Source: Catajapyx aquilonaris (lineage: Eukaryota). From it: DNA of 54,912 nt. A program made the position numbers and the translations under genes. The notes beneath the pieces are model-generated. The model was not told where the DNA came from, made no database searches, and saw only the letters and a program-made list of their open reading frames with translations. The stretch lies in NCBI GenBank assembly GCA_000934665.2, contig JYFJ02002554.1, forward strand, positions 1 to 54,912, given 5' to 3'. Within the stretch, counting starts at the first letter, position 1, and each line of letters starts with the position of its first letter. Shown here in pieces: positions 37,601 through 50,200 of this stretch.

Positions 37601-40600
37601 ACGACCGCTTAACTCTGCACGAGATGAAGGGAGTAACCCCAGGCTGGGATCGATCCCGGGACCTGAACATCAGGGGGTGCATATGGTAGAGACATGGTAT
37701 GGGTCCAAAAGGCCAGCGACGACCTGTTTTGGAGATGTCAACCTTTGATATCGGCGATGCCTATCCTTACAAGTGTGTACATGCCTACATTTCTGGTTAC
37801 CGGGGCCAGGAACTCGCTGTCCCGGACTATTGCAGAACCATGTGAATTCTGGCAACCAGCAATGCAGGCATGTACAGTCATGAGCATAAAGATGTGGACG
37901 GTAGACCAGAGCTCTGATCTACTGTCCACATCTTTATGCTCGTGACTGTACAGGGATATCCATACCTGTCAGGGTAGACACATCGACGCTGGCCTTTCAG
38001 ATCCATGCCATGCTGCTTCCATATGCATCCTCTACCACTTGTATCATTTTGGCAGATTTATTAATATACACCCTGTATATGCACTGTGCCTCGGGGATTA
38101 GAGTTACGCACAAATGCAACTTAGACATTTTCAGAAATGTAACCCTGTTCGTAGACTGGGGACTCCCTGTACTCATTCACCCTTAGAGTAAAGATCTGCT
38201 TCCTCTGCAGTGGCTTTTACTTCTTTTGACATTTTAAGAAAGATTTGTGGAGACAGATTTTGAACTTTTTGATACTGTGGAGGCCTGCGTGGTAAGAGTA
38301 CTTAAATGTTATTCATTTACTTGCCTATTTATTTTATTTGCCTCCGTACTGTGTATATTGTGTGCAGGTGTATTGAGAGTGTATATTTTTTATTTATATT
38401 ATCCCTTGATAACCCGTTAGGGTTTATAGGGGGGTGGATTACCACCATTTAAAATAATTTTTCCATTTTTCTTCAGTCACCGTGCAAGAAATTCGGGAAA
38501 TGGAGTAGGGATAGGGATTGTTGGGGAGGGGACACTTGTGCAGGTGCAGTGTCTTAAACGTTTGGGCCATGTGCAGTCCCCCAGGAGGTTAGGTTGCCAG
38601 ACACCTCCAAGGTGCAGGTCAGAGACCCTCCCGGCGCAGGTGAAAGAGAATTCCCAGGCGGGGATCGAACCTGGGGCCTTTCACTCAGCAAGCCGAGACG
38701 TTACCATCTCGGCCACCACACCTCCCCGTATTGAGAGTGTATAGGAGAGCTTACGTTGAAAACCAATAGTTGCAGGGAAAAAACCGAGACCCCTTCTTCA
38801 TGCATGTTCAGATAGATTATTATTTGTGCAACTTTCTGCGTGAACTGCATTACAATAGCCTATGCAAATTGATATGTAATTAGTGTAATAATGTAAGTAA
38901 TGTATTAATGTAGCCTCTTGTTGCTGAGTCTGTAGCAGCATCTTGTACTACCTGTAAGGGTTGTCAACTGGATAATATTCTACACAGAGAAGCAGATTAA
39001 TTGTTTAAGTCCATGAATTTTCATGTCATTTCATACATCCATTCCCATGTAACAGACATGCAATTCATAGATTTTAAAATCTGGTGGATGACAAGAACTT
39101 GTATCTGTATTTCATTTTATGGACTACATATTTTTCAAATCTCAGAAACATGCTGTTGATATAACTTACCTTCTGGAAGCAATATGGCATTAATCCACTC
39201 TGCTGCTGAGCATTAGAAACTTATCAAGTCTGGGAGTGTCAATTTTTTCCCTTTTTAGTTTACTATGCAAATTTGAACACACACCATCTATTTTAAAAAC
39301 AGAGTATGCCTGTTGGTGGCTTTGAATTAGTCTGATATTTCATACTGAAGCAAGTTCTACTATCCGCCAAATTGTTATCTAAAATTCAGCATTTCATAGT
39401 GTTTGGTTTTTTTGTGCATGGAGGTGCCAATTACATAATGTCATGCTGCCGTGATTATGCAAGTCATGTTCACATTCCATCTTTTGCTAGCATAATTTTC
39501 TTGATGTAATTTTTTTCTCTATAATGTGACACCAGTGACAACAAGATTATATGGCAGTGCATTTATTCTGCGTTTCCTCAGTAGATCTTGAAATGAAAAT
39601 CTTAATTCCTGGCACTGCATTAGCAAACATGCTTCATACTTGATCTCACTCCCCATGGTGCTACTAACTCTCAGGCATGAAATATTTTTCTTGCACTATG
39701 TTGCTAAATGTAGTGCCATATACAAGACACATGGCAGTACACCTGAAGGTGGGATTGTTATTGGCTGGCACAGATCATTTAAAAAATGAGTCTGTTTTGA
39801 ATTTGCTGCTCTAGTCATGCCTCTACAGTACTTCCACCTACCTTGACAACTAAAAATAGCCTGTGCCACCCACCCACCTACCACCTCATAGTGTGTGAGC
39901 ATTGTCTAGTGTAACATTCTTGTGCACACAGAATGGTATTGTTTTAAGTGATTAGACACACATTTCCATTAAGAAGTGAGCATCAGATTTGACAAATGAA
40001 AAAAATATATATTTATTGACACTGGGGAAGAGATGAATTAGACCAAATGTGGACTTGCCAACAATGTAAGTGCCAAAAACCTCATTTTGAAACAAAGAAG
40101 ACGACTAGGATCAGATCATTATCCATGTTATATTATGAGTAAGCACACATGCTAGTTAATTATCAAAAAACATATTCTAACATGATTCAGAGCAAATGTT
40201 CATGTCCTTGACACATTCACCACATATACTTTGTATGTGTACTTCCCATTCCCACAACCTGAGTTTAATTTTTTTTTCTTCATTGTGTCAGATTAAGTAG
40301 CCACCAATACACTGTCGCATGCATGCGCGATTAATGGGCAATGTAAACAAGCCGTAGGTTTTTTAAATTAGCTGTTAAAAATTAGAGATGTGATGTTTAC
40401 TGTCACTTTAAAGCTGTGTTTTGTAGCATGTGAGTTCTCAAGTATTTGCCTGCTGATTAATTTCCAGCAGTAAGCATTTTCAGGTAGATGTTCTTCTTTG
40501 GAGGATATTGATAATAATTAATTACTCAAGAAGAGGTACACTTGCACTGCATATCATGTGGCAACCTCAATCAAGCTCATATTTTTACTACTGTGAAAAC

Positions 40601-43600
40601 ATACTGTATTGAAAATCTGAGTTTAATTTTTCATATAGTATTATTAAGAACAGTGTTTAATAAAAATGATTGTGGTACACTGCAAAATGAATCCTGAGAG
40701 ACATCCTTTATTGGTGATCATATTTTTTTTACATGATCTGCCAAATGATCTTGTGATTATTGTTTTGTAATGTTCAGGTGATTAGCACTCATTATCATGT
40801 CTGTCTTTATCTTAGCTCTAATTTTCCTTGACCTCATGATAGTAAGGGCATGCACACATACACAGATCAAATGAGTCTTTCATTTCATGGAGTATCTTTA
40901 TTCATTTTCACATACTAAAAGCTGCAGCTGCAACAGTCATGGGCATTAATAAATACTACAGCACATGCTCAAAGGTAGTTGATTACCTGCTTGCATCAGG
41001 GTGCTGCCTAAATGGATATGTTTTGTACTGACATGTAGGTTAGGATGGCATGAAATTGTGCAGTTGATGTTTTTCCCCCGGCATCATCAGCCTGCAATTT
41101 GTTAAGAATGCATTCCTACTTAAAATGTCTTCAATCGCAATAAATTATGGAGATGTATTGAAAACAGATCAGAGGATCTGCTTTTAGGATGTTTCTAGAT
41201 ATTGCATTTATAAACGAGTGGGCCAGTTTCAAGAACTACTTTGCACTTTTTGGTACTTTAATCAAGCATATTTAACACAATGTAGAATAAATATTTCTCT
41301 CATATTATGGAATTTATAATTGTTACTTTGGTTATTTTTACAGGCGAGCCCATACACTAACAGTCCTCTTCATCCTGGTCTGCATGCTAGTGTATGTGGC
41401 TATATTTGAGACGGTTCGAGATGATACAGACTATAACACAAAGAGGTACGTGTAGTTTCCAATTGAAATGTTTGCAGTGCTTAGTGATTTTTTGGCACTT
41501 AGCTGCTTATTTTTAGCAGTTACATAAGCACTATTCAAGATATTAGCTTCTATTTGTTTGAGTGTCAATCATTCCTCTAAACCAGTACAGGTGGTTTCTG
41601 GTCTGGAATAAAGGAGCTTCAATTCAATGGCCACTGTGCCACTAGATCAAACAGGTCATTTAAGAATTCAGCCCAGAGTATTAATTAATTTGTAAACCAG
41701 AAGGGCAATCGCCCCGTCTTGATTGGTATAGATCAGCAGTTCTTAACCTTTTCGTGCCTCTGCACCCCTTTGAAGACAGCTGGTCCTTGTCGCACCCCCT
41801 ATATCAGGGGTGATTGATTAAGTTCATAGTTAGACTACGTCCAGAGGTGCACCTTGCTTGGACCCCCAGGGGAACCATCTCGCATCCCAGCTTAAGAACC
41901 GCTGGTATAGATGAATTTTTTAATGGGTGCAACCTAGTGCGCAACACAGTTCGTGCAAATTGTTTCCAAAACTAAGCTTGAGGAGGTAACAATATGGCTA
42001 ACTTTTTCAATGTTGCCCAGGCTCTGGAACGAACCTTAGAGGCTACCTGAGGAGTAATTGTGGCAATGTTGTTGTCAGAACAATGGACTTGCGAGCGTGG
42101 GTGTCCACTCGGTTGCTTTCATTTAAAAAAATTCATCTAGAGCGTTCTTTGCTGATTTATTTGGTGGCTGTCAAAAAGCTGCTTTGCATGAGATGAATGG
42201 GTTTTAAGAGAAGTATTTCTATCATGTAGGAGTTGAATGAAGATTTCAGAAGCCTAAAACGTCATTTATGAGTGTCTGCATTTGGTAGTGATTTCAGCAT
42301 CTAGTAATGAAAAGGTGTCTGGGGAGGATTTGAATTCAGCAGTTTCTCCGAGCAGTCAAATATGGGCAACTGGCCATCCTCTCTCCTGTAGGTGTGTACC
42401 TGAATGATACTTTGCTGGCATGCAATTAGGGAACTTTGAGAGGCTGTCTCCATGTTTAAATGGGTTTTCTCGGGGTTCTCCCATTTCCTCCCACAGATCA
42501 AAAACCTCTCTGCTCCTTTCACCCTCTCCTATGCCAGATACCCTTACTTGCTTTGGTTCTCCCAATCAACCAATCAGCCAACCAATAGGGTAACTATAGG
42601 AATAGGTGGAAGAGCTAACTGGGTGGTGCGAGGAGGAGGAGGAGATTTCGGAGTTGGAAACTCAGCTTCAGTACTTGGTTGGTTGGACCATAGGTGCAAG
42701 GTGTATGTGCCAGGGATGTAACTACCCTAGGGGCAGGTGGGGTGACTGCCCCAGGGCCCCCAAGCAAAGGGGCCCCTGAGCAAAGAGGCCCCCGAGCAAA
42801 GGGGCCCCCGAATTTTCCGACGAGTTTTAGAAAAATTTGAGGAGACCCACAAATCCATAATAGGCCTATATGTCTATAACCTATATTCTATAAGACATAA
42901 GAAAGCGGGTTCGATCCAATCAATTCGGGATCTTACAATCTCACTGTGAGACTCTTGCAGTTGCAGTGTCAGTAATCAGTATAGCACAAAAACACTGAAA
43001 TAAGAAATCTTTACAGTAATAGTAATGTTTAATGGCTCATAGTCTACTGCCAATACTGGGTTCTCTTATGTCTTGGCCACTAGAGGGGGGCACCGTGTAC
43101 ATTTTTGCCCCAGGGCCCCCAAGAGTCTTGTTATGCCCTTGGTGTGTGACCAAACCTTCTCCCCTGCAGTTAGCAACAAGTCTCAGCACTGGTTAACATA
43201 AATGTTCTCAATTTAACCCTAATATTGATAACTAGCAGGTGACCCAGCGTTGCCCGGGTATGTTATGGTGGTAGTGGTCGGGATATCCACATATATTATT
43301 TTTATGACTTTTTAAAATAAAATATGAATTCCATGTACACTTGATGTGCCTTAAAACTGGTTTTATGGGCCATTGTGTAGTAGGCTAATTGCAAACAATA
43401 GGCCAAAGTTTGTCATTACCTGTGAAGGGCAGAAGGGTGTCACCCTGCACAGGGTGATGATTCCCGTTCTTGTACCAAACGATCAGGCAATTTTTAAATC
43501 AATAGAGTCTACCCATTAAACGCTGATCAAAAATTGACTTATCCCCTTCTTGCACCATACCATTCCATATTATTGCAGCAATTCTTGATGATGCCAGAGC

Positions 43601-46600
43601 CAAAGCTGTTGCACATGTTGTAAAGTAAGGTGTCTATTGTTAGACACATCTTCTTAGTACCGGGATGTAGAAATGGAAAGCCATTGTTGTATTGTTGCTT
43701 CTGTGCAGTTTGTCTGGCCTCTTTCAGTTCTAGACGGGACTGGCGTTGACTGTCTGTTTCATGCTGCCTTTTAGTTCATTTGCCTTTGGCTGCAGGAGAT
43801 AGTCCGAACGTGTAATGCTTCTTTGGAGGCATTTGATTGAGAAACAGGTAGGCGTTCAAGTTTCCATATGTGGAAATGTCCTCAAACAAAAATAATAGTA
43901 AACAGTGTCTTTCAATATTGTTGTCGGATAATGGTGCAAGGAGAGAAGGTATAAGGTGTTGTGGGAGTAAGGCTCACTTTCGGAAGCTGAAACATGCGGC
44001 ATCAAATTCCTTGAAAAAAGTAACCCCGGCATGCTAGTTTATGGCAGGGGCATTCCTCTGGATTTCTATAGCGAACAAACATCCAAACTTCCTCATTTAT
44101 ACAGGGTGTATCAGAGTCACGGGTCAAGCGCGCGCGGGGGGTGGGGAAAAATCGTAGGTGGCGACAACCCCGGTCGGTTTTATAAAACAATTAGAAATAC
44201 GGCAGTAATCAATTTATTTATTACGGCCGTACGGCGTGACGTCACATCCTTCCTGTATTCGAATTGACCCCTGCGGACTGGCAAATGCAAGGCAAATGCT
44301 TTCGGTTGAACCTGGATGAATGGGTTTTTAGCCTTGCGGGTTGCACTGAAAAAGGCGCTCTCCTACTACACCGGCAGGGTACTGAACACACCACTGTACA
44401 GTAGTACACTACGTTGCACAGTACCCTGCCGGTGTAGCAGCGCCTTTTTCAGTGCAACCCGCAAGGCCAAAAACCCGTTCAACCAGGTTCAACCGAAAGA
44501 ATTTGCCTTGCATTTGCCAGTCCACGGGGGTCAATTCGAATACAGAAAGGATGTGACGTCACGCCTACGGCAGTAATAAATAAATTGATTACAGCCGTAT
44601 TTCGAATTGTTTTATAAAACCGACCGGGGTTGTCGCCACCTACGATTTTTTCCCACCCCCTCGCGCGCGCTTGACCCGTGACTCTGATACACCCTGCAGA
44701 TATATAATTATTAATTTTTTGATAGCCTCTGAAAGTAACAGTTTGAAAGTAACTATACCAAAGAATGAAGAGTTTAGTGACGGAAATTGCTGACCACTAC
44801 AGACACTTCAATTGGAATGCTTTGTATATAAGGATAATTATGTAGCATTATTGACCTGTTATGGTTTTTCCTCCCCTTTCTTGCAGGGGTCTAGTAGCAT
44901 GTGTGTTCGTGTTTATCCTCCTAGGAGTAACTATTACACCAGATGGACCCTTTTTAAGGCCTCATCCTGCATTGTGGCGATTCACATTTTGCTGCAGTAT
45001 AGTGTATGAACTTGGATTGATTTTTCTCCTGTTCCAGGTAAGTGACATGTACTATGCCCATAATATTATCATGGACACACTCCCAAAAGAAAAGCAGGTC
45101 AAAGTGTCTGGAATAATATGGTGCTTATAGTACATTTTTTTTTAAATCAGAATTTGCGCACTACAGTGAATAATTGGATATGCTTATTTCCTGAATGTGC
45201 AGACACCTCATGATGCCAGGAAACTACTAAAGCATGTTGATCCAAAACTTGGTGAACCACTTGAAGAGAAGAGCTATGGAGGAAATTGCCGGATTTATGA
45301 CTCAGATCATCCCGATGGGCCATTTCATAACATTTTGGTTGGTGCTAATTTGCTGCAGATAAAATGAATAAAACCAAATTTTGAGATTAGAGTCCAGATT
45401 TTTAGGACTGGCAAAAGCCAGATATTCAGGCTGGTCCAACAATTCTGCTTGTTCACCTGTTACCCAGTATGGAGGAAATATTAGGTTACTTTTAGTACTT
45501 GAAAGTAGCTACTACTCTTCATACCCAAGGTGACAAAATCATGGCATCCAAAAATGCAATTTTTCCATCTTGTGTGTAAATATGCTTTTCATATTTTTGC
45601 TAGGGGAAAAAGAAACTGTTAATATAACTCAGCAATATATTACTGCATTGGAAAGTGAAAGATCTTCCCAAGCTAGAATGTCTGCCCCAAGCCTTAAATT
45701 GTCATGGTACAGGTCATAAAAAAAGAGAAGCCAGTGTTTTTTCATGCTATTCAGTGAGGGGCGGCATTGGGCATGAAAAGCATAGCAATACTATTAACTG
45801 ATACAAGTAGAATACTACTTAATATTTTTTTGTCATGGATTATCCCGATATGGGGTAGCATGCATACTGTAAAACAGCTAAATGAGTGGAATTTCTACAA
45901 GAACTGTATTCTCCTAGCTAGACCACCCCGTAGATACTACATGTCCTAATTGATGTGCCCTAACCAGACTCAGTTCTGGATCTGGTTTCTTTGGTGCTGT
46001 GTAGTAATATTGACTCTGATTAATCGGATGGAGGACTTGATCCCTTCCTCATACAGCACAAAAAAACAAACGAGGGATGGTCTCAAGTCTACCCAAAAGA
46101 TTTTACTGAAATTTATAATTGGCATAGCAGGTGCCACTCATGACTCAAACACAGCTCTCATAAGGACAGATCACACCACTGAATTACACATACGTGGGTT
46201 GTTTCATAAGTCATTGCACGTATTTTTAAATTCAAAAATCGTAACACATACAGAGATGACCTTTGCTGAGTTTTGAAGCTCTGGGGATTACAATTTGATC
46301 TGGCATATAGATGTCGCCCATATCACAAGGGAGGCAGGGAAACAAAAGGGGATCATGACTCCCCGACCACACCATCGCCCCAAGACAGTTCCAACCTGAC
46401 GCGCTTGGAGCTGTTGGAAGCTGCATGCAGGTCACTCGGAGATGGACAACACTGGAGCTTGCTTTCGAGTGTGGGACAAGTCAGAGAACTATGGTTAGAG
46501 CCATCCATATCCATAATCTGTTTTAAAAAATTACATTAGGTTGTGTCGGAGACACAAGCCGCAGCTGTTGCGGGCTCAACCTACATTATGTTTCACTTTT

Positions 46601-47182
46601 CTCGACTATAATGGCGGGGGCATGCAGGCGTGGATACGTCTTTAAAATCGGATCAGGGGGCATGCAGGCAAACTCGCGCGTTACAGAAACGCGTTACCCA
46701 GCTGCCCCCCCCCCNCCCCCCCCCCCCCGCATGCCCTCGCCATTATAGTCAAGAAAAATGAAACATAATGTAGGTTGAGCCCCCTTCAAAACTCAGCAAA
46801 GGTCATCTCTGTATGTGTTACCATTTTTGAATTAAAAAATACGCGTAATGACTTATGAAACAACCCACGTATTACGAATTGTTGGCAGCAATGGTGTCTA
46901 TAATGAATGATATAGATAATGGCTCAGTTGTGGTCTAACGGTTACGCCGTTGGCCAGCCAAGCGGGAGGCCGGGGTTCAAATCCCGTCCCCGTCACCTCT
47001 GCTTGGCCGGGTCTTTTTCAGCTTTTCACCCGACATGCCGGGGCAGAATTGCACTCCCTATCTGCCCGAGGCCAGTAGAAAAGGCCTGGTGTATTTTCAT
47101 AAGTCAGAAATGACTAAAAATTTCAGCGCCCTCCCTAGGGAACCACCCCCTTCCCCCCTAAGAGAGCCACTGGCTGTATCAC

Positions 47183-47250
<68 letters not shown>

Positions 47251-50200
47251 TTTTAAAAAAAAAAAAAAAATAATGGCTCAGTTGTCAATCTACCATTGGC
47301 CTAAGTACATATAACCCAATTTTTATAAGGTACAAGTGACATAACTAATGTTGTCAGAGAAATGGTAACAATGTTGATGTCATTTGAAAGTTCTAAAAAT
47401 GGAAAATACTGATGTCACACTAATCTCCATTCTTTCATGTATTCAGGATAAAGTGGATTTATTTGTCCCCATGCATTTCATCGGGTGGTGGCTCAAGACC
47501 CTTATTCTTCGGGACTGGTGGTTTTGTACGGTGGTGTCGGTGATGTTTGAAGTTCTTGAATACACTTTGGAACACCAACTTCCTAATTTCAGTGAATGCT
47601 GGTGGGACCATGTGAGTTAATTAGTTTTATTCAGATTATACTGACTGCAAGGCACACTATTCAACTAGTAAGATAGTATTAAGCTGATTAAATTTAATAT
47701 CTGAATGCTGAAGTCAAGGGCATTTTAACTTTTTCAATGAGGCTGACACTTTGTCATACAATAATGCATAATAATGGGTATTCTGATACCACCGTATTGA
47801 TTACATGTAATCAGGGGTAATTGCAATCAGATGTACACTTGAATGTGAAATGGTTAACCCAGTGGGTCAGGTCTATAATGCAGTCCTTACATTTTTCAAA
47901 TCACAGTATCATAAATTCTAAGTAATTTTGTGATTCCTGATCATCTGCAGTCCCATAACATCCAATGACATTTTTTGAGCTGCACCAATTAGAATAACTC
48001 TTGGCGAATTGCAGTCCAATACAGTTTGAATACTTACCCTTGTGATTTTATTTACTAACATTTGCCTCCCCAGTGGATATTGGATGCCCTTATATGCAAT
48101 GGCCTGGGCATTTATTTGGGTTTGAAAACGCTGAAGTATTTTTCTATGAAGACATATCATTGGAGGGGACTCTGGAACATAGCAACTTACAGAGGCAAAT
48201 TGAAGCGCATCTTTGCCCAGTTTGGACCATACTCATGGATTGATTTTGACTGGAAGCCCACGTCCAGCCTGGGAAGGTGGACGGCTACGCTATGCATTAT
48301 ATTTATTGTGAGTTGACTTTTTTTTTGGAAGCTGGAAAATCCATATGATGCAGTTTTGCTTTCACAGTTTCTGCTGTCTGAACTGAACACATTTTACCTG
48401 AAATTTGTACTCTGGGTTCCCCCCGACCACACCATTAATTTGATACGACTGTTTGGATTCCTGTTCTGGGGAGCAGTTGCACTCAGGGAGACCTTCCAAT
48501 ACCTCAACGACCTGTAAGTAGTTGCCTGCACTCCAACATGCACCCAAATAAATAACTCCGTACCGAGGTAGTCTAGTCTAGTTTTAAGGTGTTCAGGCTT
48601 TCATTTGGGAGGATCTGAGTTTATATCCCAAGGCCAATCTTGATCTGGTTTTATGTGTTTTCTTCAGGTCCCGTATAATATTTTCAGGTCCCTGTAAGAT
48701 TCAGGATGGTATCTTCTCAAAAAGGTCACACAGCCTGTCCTTCCCTGTTATCCTTTTCCCATAATTTCAGTTCAATCAGTAAAAGAAAATCAAACTCCAT
48801 AAAAGGGCTCCATTTCCTCTAAAGATGATAAATTTTTATTTATAATTCATTATTCTTTATTGCACTACTATTAAAATAAAAATCATTTCTCTCAAGTGCA
48901 GTTAAACTTGGGTTCAGAAGTCCATGATATTCATCTAGAAGCCACCCCACATGCCAGCATCATTATTGTGTCGTGGGTCCAATCACATTACATGAAGAGA
49001 TGAAATGTGTTACATCTTGCTATTCAGTATAAGTCATTGGTGGCCAGACCAGTGGTAAATGGGATTACAAGGAAGTGACAAAGAGGGGCTATTTTTAAAA
49101 ACCGATTACCTTTTGTCACATTAATACTCCAATGGGGGTGGGTGGATGAAGGTGTAAATAAGGAGAGGTCGAGGAGAAATATGAGCAGAAAGAGAGAGGA
49201 GATGAGAAAAAAGTTACATGGGTAAAGGGGTGGGTGGGTGATGTAGTGGTTTGCAATTTGGCTCTTTCTGAAAACCTTCGGCTCCCCTGCACGGACTTAT
49301 GAACAATGAAAATAGAGAAAAGTGCCACTATAAGTTATTGCCAGCAGTTTGAATTGGGGAAGTTTCATTGAGAGCTCTTAATTTATATTGTGTGACAAAC
49401 CAATCTGTAATGTTCTTTGAATTGTACAAGTTCCGCTGCATATCAAGTATTTCATCTGGAATTTCAGAGATAATTAATACTGCACTTGTACCAATGTAAC
49501 ATGTTTATTTTTTACACACTGCAAAATTACATGTTTCATACAATATCCCAATACATATCACTATTTTCTTTCTAGGGAATGCACGAAGTTTGGCCGCCAG
49601 TCCTGGATCTTTCTATCCATAGTATCGACTGAATTTTTGATTGTGGCAAAGTTTGGCTGGAATACAATCACCAAGCCTTTACCAAAGTAAGAACATTTTA
49701 CCCGTATATCAGAAATAAACCCAAGTTTACTCCAGTCAGGAAATGAATGGGACCTATGCACGTGTTGGACTGACCCTTGGGAAAACAAGGTATCAGAGCT
49801 CTAATAGGCTCTGTTGCACTAAGCATCCACCACTAACATTGGATTTCTTTTTGAGTCCACACCCCATGGAAAAGGAATAATGTGTGAGACACCTTGTCTA
49901 CATAGGTCTGCTGTGCTGTACCAGGGTATCCGCCAGAGATAATTTAAAAGTGGATGGATGTGAAATCAACAGATGTAACTTCCCCACATATCTTATAAAT
50001 GTATGTGGATTCCTTCTAGGCTTTTCTAGGGGTTGGTGCAACAAATACACCATTCATTTTCCATGCAGAGTGAACTTGGTATTTATTTCCATAATTAAGT
50101 TGTGCTTTGAACACAAACAAGATATGAGGCAATTGAACCATAATCCACAATGCAAACTTAAATTACCAACATTGATGAACACTAGGGCGGCTCGAAAAAC

